DNA from: Lama guanicoe
Taxonomy: Eukaryota
DNA: 64,000 nt
Assembly (NCBI GenBank): GCA_013239625.1
Contig: MU053504.1
Location: 1,428,001 to 1,492,000 of the forward strand
Reading direction: 5' to 3'
Shown here in pieces: positions 55,330 to 64,000 of this stretch. The first letter of the stretch is position 1; the number at the start of each line of letters is the position of its first letter. The notes under the pieces are model-generated. The model ran no database searches. It saw only the letters and a list, made by a program, of their open reading frames with translations, and was not told the origin of the DNA. The position numbers and the translations under genes were made by a program.

Positions 55330-55446
55330 GGTGACAGCAATGGACAAGAACAATGCCAGGCACAGGAGACACCCTGGCCCAGCACCTGGGGTTGCAAGCA
55401 GGCCCTGCAGGGCCACTGTCACATCCACCCCAGCACAAGATCCAGT

Positions 55447-58400
55447 CTACACGGGCCATGTCCCCGAATGGGCAGGAGGCCGTCTGTCCAGTTTGTATGT
55501 GTGGATCAGCCTGTCTGAGTGTCTGAGCCGCTGCTTGCAGGGCACCCCCATCCTCGGCACATGGTAGGGGCTGTTGTGAGCACAGCGCGGCATCCCCCGG
55601 TGGACCACCGGGCCCCGATGCTGACCTTGGGGGATAGGGCTGGAGACTGGAGGAGGCAGGGGGCCAGGCACAAAGTTCCCTCCAGGACCACATCCTACAA
55701 AAGAACCAGCAGTTATCAGAGTGGGCTTCTGGCCAGGGTGAACCCAGCACTGCCTTCAGGCAGTTCTGATCCTCCCGGGTGAGTTTTTCCAGGTGGGCTT
55801 CAGTTTTCCCATCTGCAAAATGGCAATACCACTTCCCTTACCTCCAAATCAGGAAATTGTGACAATCAATGAGCTAACTAATGAGTCTGCAGATGCTGTT
55901 CCAGACTCAGCTGTGACTGAACCCAATCCTGGGGGATACTCTAGGGCTGCCCAACTCCCCTCAGCCCACCTGGACATAGGAGGCTGGGCTAGGGAAGGTT
56001 CAATGGGAGGCTGGGAAAGGTGTGATGGGAGGCTGTGGAGGCACCTACCTAAGTGGGGTGGCATAGAGAAGTCTTCCGTTGGATTATAATTGAAGAATTC
56101 ATGGGGTAGGAAGGGCTGGCCTGGGAAAAAAGGGGGATCCTGGGGCAGGGGTGGAAACAGAGGAGGCGGGGAGGGCTGAGGGAGAGGGTGCGGAAAAGGC
56201 ATGGGAGGGGGCAAGGGAGAGGGCGGGGGCAAGGCCAGCTGCTCCCCAAAGTCTGGGGGCTGCCCCTGGCTCCCCTGGAAGAGATGCTCCGGCTCTGGCC
56301 AGTCTTCAGTCCATGGATCTAGGAATGGGATGGTTGTTTCAGGCAGGCCTGGGGAGCCAGGCTGCCCTGAACCCTGGCTGTCCACACGCCTAAACCTCTA
56401 CTCCCACCTCTTAAGAGAACAGGGCACCTTCTGCTTCCTGCTTCCTGAGGTTCCCTCCTCCCCTCTCGTTTCAGGCCAAGCCCAAGCTGTGCTCCTTCCT
56501 TCTTGCCTTTCTTAACAGGCAGTGGATCTGCCTTTGTTCTAACCTCACGCTCCCCTCCAGAGCTTTCTCCCTTTATTGTCGGCTCCCATATCTTTAGCTT
56601 TGGCCTCTTCCAGCTCCTCCCTGCAAACCAATAAATAAGCTCAGTCAATTTTCTCTCTTAAAAACAGAGATCCTGTCGCTTCCTTCTCACAGTAGTCCCT
56701 GGTTCCTTTCAAACTTCCACACACAGCATTCTGCCCGGTTGCCATTCCTTCATCAACTGCTCCCTGCCTCTTTTAACCCTACTTCACTCCTTCAACATTT
56801 CTCCTAAATGTAACCACTTCCTCTCTTCCTGATAGTCACACAACATGGTCAACAGCCTCTGTCCTCCTTGAAAGTGCCACCACCCTCATCTCCTTTTGTT
56901 TCCTCCATTGGCTCCTCTTCAGTTCCAGCTCCAAAACACGATTGTGGTTTCACTCCATCCGTTACGGTTCACATTCATGCCTTCAGCTGTCATCTCTCTG
57001 CTGCGCACTATGACTCCAAATCTACTCTACATCTCCACAGGAATGCCAAGAGATCTGCCCTGACCAAACTCACCAACTCATTCTCCCACCCAACTCTTCT
57101 TTTTAACGTTCGTACTTCTGTGGCTCCAAACTGGGTTTGGAAGACCAAGCCACCCCAAACTAGCCTTACAACCTTTAGAGGATCCCTTTCTTTGTTGCAG
57201 ATCAATTCTCTTGTCTAAAAAAAACAAGGAAACTGAACCATTATACAATCAATTATTATATAATTTGCCTCCATGATGCTCCAACTCCAGGCTACCAAGT
57301 CCTGAATTTGACATTCTTGGCCTCTCTGTGCCCCGACGCCCTCTGGTGCTACTACAGCCTTCTAACATGAGTCATGTCGCCAATTCAATAAACACCATCC
57401 CATAGGCACTATATACACGACTGTGCTAGACACTGGGGTTGAAAGGAGTGAGCTGTCAACAAGTGAGGCAAGAACCTTGCCCTTGGAGGACATGATCCAG
57501 GGGAGAAGCAGACATGGAACATAACTCACGATGTCCCCTTTTATGGGCAGGCAGGAACTGAGAGCCTGATGGCACCAGCCAAGGGGCTCTGTTGCTTCTG
57601 CTACACTGCCTGGACTGCCTTTCCTCTGTTTATCTTTCTACCCCCCAAGTCCATTCCTATTTAAAAGTACCCCCATTTCTTTCCTGTTTATCTGTCTTTT
57701 GACATGCTGCCTTACATGCTTGATGCTTACACAAGCTCATTCACGTACACAGAGGTCACTATACCGCTAGACCACACAGAAACCCAGGGGAAGAGGAAGA
57801 CACTCTCAGGGTCCGCAACAGTCCTTCAAGGGGCCTCTACTCCCTTTGGGTATCTCTGTCCTGTTACGTCTGAGCCTTAGGCTCTGAGGGCCCTTTTTGC
57901 ATCACTACCCTCCCAACTTGTGGTAGGGCTCACCAGGGAGATAGCCACGCTTGGGCAGCTCCACACCCCAGGCATCGGCCACGTGGCTCAGAAGCAAGTG
58001 TGAGAGGTGGCGGTGGGCGTGCTGGTCCCAGTGGACCCCGTCCCGGTGACGGTGCTGAACTGCATGCCGGAAATGAAAGTGGAGGTCCAGGACATCGAAG
58101 CAGTAGTCCCCGGCCAGTGTAGCGCTGTAGAAGTTCCCTTCAACCACATCCCGCCGCAGAGAGCCCGCCAGGGGCTGGAGCTGAGTGAGAAAGTGCAGCA
58201 TCCAAGAGCCACAGAATGAAGGCAGGATTGGGAGGGAGGGTCCTCTATGTACCAGTCAGTTGCCCGTCCTCCATCCTCAGGGGCCCCGGTCACTTGCCTC
58301 AGGCAGAAGGAAACCCCCAGTGACACGCTCCCCTAGGGGCATTGCCATGTTCCACACCAGCAGGCAGGAGTCTGGCAACACCTGGTCCATGCGCACGAAC

Positions 58401-59611
58401 ACCCGCTCCAGGTTCTCTCGGTAGCTCTCCATTGAGCAGCGGCCATACCTGTTGGGCAGCACAAAGGGTGGGCAAGAACACAGGGATGGATGGCCTCTGA
58501 GCCATACCTCCACCCTGAGTCAGTACTGCCCTCTCCCCAGCCCCAACCTGGAGAGATCCCAGAGGCAGGAGTTGATGATCACCAGGTCTGGGGCAGGCCC
58601 ATACGTCAGCTCCTCCAGGACTCCCTCGAGGTACTCAGAGTAAACGCGGGTGAGGAAGTAGAATCGCACAAGGTGGTGGCCAGAACCTGAGCAGAACTGG
58701 CGGACCTCCCGGTACTGCGTCCCGTTGTGCAGCTCGCCCAGCTGACCGCCAGCCACCAGCTGGTCCTGTTCAAAACTCAGCTCCCCCTGCCCACCCCCCC
58801 AACCCAGCTGGTCAGACCCCATACCAGGGAGGAGAACCCTACCAGGCCAGGGTCTGAGCTTGCCCACCACTGACATGGCTAGTAAGCTTGCCTCACCTTG
58901 GCTTTCAACTGGGCAGCTGTGAGCAGTGAGTCTTTCTGGAGCAGGAGCACCAGGTCCTTGTACACAGCCCGCTGGACTGCAGGGAGACAGAGATCCCAAG
59001 GCTGAGGCATGCCTCACTCCACCTCAACCCCTTTCAAGTCCAGGCCTCCCACCTTCCCAGGGCTGGGTTGCCTAACACCACCTTTGTGGACTGCTGAATA
59101 AGAAGCAAGAGAAACGTGACGTTAAAAAGTCCTGGCACTGCCTCTGTTCCTTCTACCTATACGCCATTCCTCAACTTGATGCACAGTGACTCAAGATCAC
59201 CTGGCAGAGGTCAAGTCATCCAAGACATACACAATCCACCGCTTCCATGAGAGAAATTGTGGGGGACTGTTAGGAAGAAAAATGCTAAGCAAGGATGGGG
59301 TGAAAAGCTTGACAGGATACATCTGTCAGGACACCTGTAGTACCAGCTGGGGAAATAAAGAGAAAGCCTACTGATCTGAAACTGACTAGGGATCAGGGAG
59401 GACGTCTGAGATAGAGATGATGGGTCCAGACACAGAACATAGGCTGCAGATGCGGCAACGCAAGTGCGATTCTAGAAGGGCACTCACTTGAGTCCCCCAA
59501 GATGACCACGAACTTGTTGTGTAGTAGCTGCTGGACTTCCGAGGCTTGGAAATGGACCATGGCGCTTCGCAGCGGGCGGCGAGGCTCCTTGTTCTCCAGA
59601 CAGAAGACCAT
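55447..59611 (-). CDS. PCED1A: PC-esterase domain-containing protein 1A (FAM113A), 452 aa
   Basis: Exons on the minus strand: 59611-59488, 58976-58897, 58786-58548, 58448-58298, 58180-57934, 56318-56049, 55694-55447; total 1359 nt in frame. SGNH/GDSL-like motifs [22 protein letters not shown] and DGVHW, then a Pro-rich C-terminus. One intron has a GC donor. Confidence 0.95.
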
Positions 59612-60700
59612 GCCGCCGCCAACTACGACGGGCTGTAGGGAGAGGCCACTAAGCCGCGCGAGGGCGGGGACTTAGGGCATGACGACCCCAGGGCCCGCCC
59701 CGGCATAAATGAGACTTGCGCTGGCCCCTCCGGGGCTACAGGGGCCGGGTGGCGGAGTTAGAGTGGGGCCCACAGTGGCGCCAGCCTCGACTACACCTGG
59801 CACAGGAGACAGGAGGTCACCCCGCCCGCGGACCTCCGGGACACCAGGGCGCTTCGCGCGCGGCGCCGCCCCGCGCCCCACCACGTGCCCGCCCCCGTCC
59901 CGCGCATGCGCGCGCCGTCGTGCCAATTACCGAATCCCGGGGTTCCGCGCTGTTCACCTGCGGCCCGGGGAGGCCCACGTACTGCCCACGGCAGGCTCCG
60001 GGCCTAGCCTCATGTTCCCGCGCCCGAGGAGGCCGGTGGTGGGTTCAGCACAGCCCCTGCCCCGCAGAGCCCGTGCGTCCCCGTTAGCCGTCGATGCGCA
60101 GCCTGATGCCCAGCGCTCTCCATGCGTGAGTCGCAGAGGCCCCGACGGTGCCTCGGGCCTCCGCGCCCCGGGCGGCGATGTTCACAACTCTCACTTCCGG
60201 TCACCCATGTCCCGCCCCGCCCGACCCCCTCAACGCCCCAGGGGACAGGAAGGCGGCGGCGGAGGCCGCCACTGGGAGCAGGAACCAGGGCCCGGCCCAC
60301 CCCGGCGGGCGCGAGGCCCGGGCGTGGGCGGGGGCGCGGCGGCGGTCAAGTGCAGCTGCCCACAGTGGTGATGGCCGTAGCGGCGGCCTCGCCACGTGAC
60401 CCGGACGGGCGGAAGCGGAAGTGCCTGCCGGGATCCCGCGTTAGGCGGGTGTCCCCTCGGCGCTGGCCAGCCGCCGCCTGCACCAGCCATGGACTGCTAC
60501 ACTGCAAACTGGAACCCGCTCGGGGACTCGGCCTTTTACCGGTGAGCCGCCCCGCCCTCCCGGCCACGATCCGGCTTACCCTGCTCGCCCGCTCGGGTCC
60601 GCCCCTCTCCGACTCTCCCCGGGTTTCTATCAACTAACGAACAGCTGCCTGTGGCCCGGCCTTCCCCTCTCCGGAGAAGGAAACCGAGGCAAAGCCGGTG
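59560..60700. promoter_or_regulatory. Bidirectional CpG-island promoter shared by PCED1A (-) and VPS16 (+)
   Basis: Dense CpG island between divergent ATGs at 59611 and 60489. Motifs: NRF1-type GCGCATGCGC 59902-59911; ETS CACTTCCGG 60192-60200 and tandem CGGAAGCGGAAGTG 60410-60423; E-box/CLEAR-like GCCACGTGAC 60391-60400. Confidence 0.85.
60489..60541 (+). CDS. VPS16: VPS16 (HOPS/CORVET core subunit), first coding exon only
   Basis: Kozak context GCCATGG, peptide [18 protein letters not shown], and donor CG|gtgagc at 60541/60542. The rest of the window is intron 1. Confidence 0.93.
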
Positions 60701-61680
60701 GTCACACAGATAGGGGCACAGCCCAGCGCTGAAGCCCAGGTCTGTCGGCTCCCGGAAGGATGCTCAGATCATGTTGAGGGTTGCCGCCCTCGGGTGACAG
60801 TGAGTGCCTGGTCTTCTGCCGGGAAGTGCTGCTGAACAGTCAGACCAGAGGGGCGCTTCTAGGGGAGGCGGGGTCGCACGGCGGGCGGGGTAACTGTGCC
60901 TACCAAGGCTGGGAGGAGGCGAGTCGGGAGTGAACCAGGGGCAGCGCGAGTGAGGACCCCATGTTAGGGGCAGCCCGCTCAAGAGAGTTTTAGAGTCCTA
61001 AAACGCTAATCTTTCTAAAGTGTTGACTGATCATCTTATTACCCTGATTAGGATTTTTCAATGGCTTTCCTCCTTTGTTAGATAAAGTACAAACTTCTAA
61101 TCATGTTGCATCTGTAAATCGGCCCTTATTTGTTTCTTCAACTCTCCTATCCAGATTTTCTGTTCCAGTTGCACAGAACAGGACCGCATCACACCAGGAT
61201 GTTTCATGGCTCCCTGTGTTTGCACTAGCTTGCATTTCCTTCTGTGGGCATTTCCCTCTTTACCTCACTGGAGAGTTCTTGCTCATCCTTCAGGACTTAG
61301 TTCAAGAGTTCTTTCCAAAACTTTCCCTGACCGAATCCCAATAGAGTTGACGTTCAGTTGACTTTCCATTGGGTCTCAAGGACCCAGAGCTAGGGTCTGT
61401 TATGTATGGCACAGTAGGGCAATATCTGTATAGCTTTCTTCTGCTAAACCAAGTGCCCTGAGGGCTGAGAGCATATTTCTAGCATCCCTTTTTCTCCAAT
61501 GTGTATGTAGAATAGTGCCTGTTATGTAGTAGTTGCCTAATAAAGTTTTAAAAAATACTTTATTAATTGCAACTAAAGATCACAAAGACTTCGAATTGCG
61601 GTCTTCTTTCAATAGAAGACAGCTGTGCTAGTTAAACTGTATACCATTGTTATTCACATATTAAAACTTTTAAAAAAACA

Positions 61681-62282
61681 TTTTTTATTGAGTTATAGTC
61701 AGTTTACAATGTTGTGTTAATTTCCATTGTAGCGCACAATTTTTCCATTTTACATGAATATACATATATTCATTGTCACATTTTTTTCCACTGTGAGCTA
61801 CCGCAAGATCTTGTATATATTTCCCTGTGCTATACAGTATTATCTTGTTTATCTATTCTATATATGCCTGTCAGTATCTACAAATTTTGAACTCCCAGTC
61901 TATCCCTTCCCACCCCCCTCCCCACTGGCAACCACAAGTTTGTATTCTATGTCTATGAGTCTGTTTCTGTTTTGTATTTGTGTTCTTTTTTTTTTTTAAG
62001 ATTCTACATATGAGCAATCTCATATGTATTTTTCTTTCTCTTTCTGGCTTACTTCACTTAGAATGACATTCTCCATCCATGTTGCATGGTGTTATGTTGT
62101 CATTTTTAATGGCTGAATAGTATTCCATTGTATAAATATACCACCTCTTCTTTATCCAGTCATCTGTTGATGGACATTTAGGCTGTTTCCATGTCTTGGC
62201 TATTGTAAATAGTGCTGCTATAAACATTGGGGTGCAGGTGTCTTTTTGAAGTAGGGTTCCTTTTGGATATATGCCCAGGAGC
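61681..62282 (-). mobile_element. 5'-truncated L1 3' end in VPS16 intron 1
   Basis: Minus-strand ORF LLGIYPKGTLLQKDTCTPMFIAALFTIAKTWKQPKCPSTDDWIKKRWYIYTMEYYSAIK is the L1 ORF2 C-terminus. T-rich tail at the left end; possible target-site duplication AAAACTTT at 61663-61670 and 62283-62290. Confidence 0.88.
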
Positions 62283-62819
62283 AAAACTTTCTTTGATACA
62301 TGAAATGTCAGCCCTTAACACTTCTGAGATGGACAGATGCCTTGTCGCAATTTTTAGAAATGGGTTGAATTTGTTGCTTAATTCTTCTCTCTTATCATTG
62401 TGCCTGTACAATGTGAAAAAATTGCAAAAATTTAGTTAAAAATCAGTAAAGGCAGTAGGAAATAACAGTGATTTAAACTGTTTTTGTGGAGAAAAGATGT
62501 CAGTTGACATAGGTAGTCACGTAATTTAGTGTTTATCAGAGTGTACTTTCAAAAATACTAACTTGTATTACTTTTGAAAATATCTGTTGCCTACATGGGC
62601 TTGTTAAATAGGAGAGTGCTGAAAATGATGATCTCATTGTCACAGGAGTCCCATTTATCATATGGAGTCTTAACTTTGTTTACAAACCTGTAAAGTTTGA
62701 AATGAGTGTAAGCGCTGAGTACGGGATAGTCACGACCTGTATGGCTAGCCCACCCTTACCTGTGCTGTGCTGACAGGAAGGGGTAGAGGTGTAAGCCTTG
62801 CTGTAGAGGTTATGTTATT

Positions 62820-63035
62820 TTTGCTCAAAGATATTGAGCCTTCCTATGTACTAGACACTCTGCTAAGTACTTTATGTGTATCAGGTTGTTTAAGTCTGAC
62901 AGCCCCATGAGGTAGGTATCATTATTTTAACTCCATCTTACTGATGAGGAAACTAAGACACAGAGAAGTTAGATGACCAAGTTACACAGGTAGTAAGCAG
63001 TGGGGCCAGGACTGGAACCCAGTCTTCTTCTAGGA
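62820..63035. mobile_element. MIR SINE
   Basis: Core text cagccccatgaggtaggtatcattatt...catcttactgatgaggaaactaagacacagagaagttag...ccaagttacacag. Confidence 0.65.
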
Positions 63036-64000
63036 CCTGTGTTAAAGCATGGCATTTTTGTTTTTAAGCAGGAAATTAAGTAACGCGTTCTAGCTTCTCT
63101 ACCAGAGTGGCAATATTTTAGGTGCAGACACTTGGTTTTATTTGTATTTGTGCATAGCCTTTTGACAGGACTTAATACATGTTCAAGTAAGTGAATGAAT
63201 GATAAGCAGGTGGCAGACATTAGAGCCTTATCTACAGGATGAGATTCTTTTGCATTGGAAGCACTGTTCTGGAAAAATCCAATTTGGGAAGGCAAGGAGA
63301 GGAAATGGTGACAAGTTCTTATGGGGCTCCAGAATTTTAGCCATTTTTATTCTTAAAACCCAATTTGGGATAATTCTGTTAAATAATTTTGCCCAGCCCT
63401 TTGTCAGGCTGAAAGTGTATTGGCCAATAAAGAGACATAGATCCTGTCCACTCTAATAGAACTTACAGCCAGCAGGGGAGACAGTTGATAACCACAAATG
63501 AGTCTGTATTTGTTTGAGCACAATTGGTGAGGTAAGTCGGAGGTAAAGAAGACTTTCTGAAGGAAACAGTCCCCCCCTCCAGAGGATGAGTAAATGTAGG
63601 TGCAGGGAGTGGGATCAGAGAAAAGCATATACAAAGGTCCTGAGGCAGGAGAGGCAGAGACACTCTCCATGTTTAGGCCAAACAAAGAGAACCATTGCGG
63701 CTGGGGGGCAGGACAAGAGATGAGACAGGTGCTTTTCTCTTAGGAGCCACACCCTGCAGGGCCTTATAGACCACCGTTATTTGAAGAACAATGGAAAGCC
63801 TAAATGAACGGATTGGTGTGATTGGATTTGTGGGATGTGTGTATGTGTTTTAAGTTCCTTCTGGAGACAATGAGGGGATAAGTTGGAAGTGGCAAGAAAG
63901 AATGGAGGCAAGGGAGACTGGTTAGGAGGCTGGTGGAATAGACCAGGGAGAAGTTGATTGTGGCGAGCACTGGACGTGGAGAGAAGGGACCTGTCTGGGA

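Noticed and set aside
59709..60637. Several 100-220-aa ORFs in the PCED1A/VPS16 CpG island
   Set aside because: Arg/Pro/Gly-rich products expected from very high GC content; only the 53-nt VPS16 exon is supported.
62054..62284. 76-aa ORF as a host gene
   Set aside because: It is the L1 ORF2 C-terminal remnant of a 5'-truncated insertion.

Overview
Mammalian genomic DNA, GC-rich and intron-containing. Three tRNA-Ala-derived SINEs resembling the camelid vic-1 family suggest alpaca, llama or camel. The gene order matches the block I recall from human 20p13: the 3' part of EBF4 (+, 10 coding exons visible, window opens inside a large upstream intron), complete CPXM1 (-, 14 exons, 756 aa), C20orf141 (+, 2 coding exons, 167 aa), TMEM239 (+, 151 aa), complete PCED1A (-, 7 coding exons, 452 aa), and the first coding exon of VPS16 (+), head-to-head with PCED1A on a CpG island. 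Exon boundaries were read by eye, and the summed exon lengths keep frame in every multi-exon gene. The rest is typical mammalian repeats: L1, L2, MIR, hAT MER elements, MLT and ERV1 solo LTRs, and microsatellites. I see no convincing wholly new biological system. The best leads are: an in-frame 5 x 18-bp Thr/Ser/Pro repeat in CPXM1 exon 2; a GAGEG-plus-hydrophobic module found twice in C20orf141 and once in TMEM239; three POU-octamer clusters in EBF4 introns; a decayed ~2-kb minisatellite; a well-preserved solo LTR just upstream of C20orf141; an orphan CpG island; and several non-canonical splice sites. Comparisons to human orthologs are from memory and need confirming by alignment.
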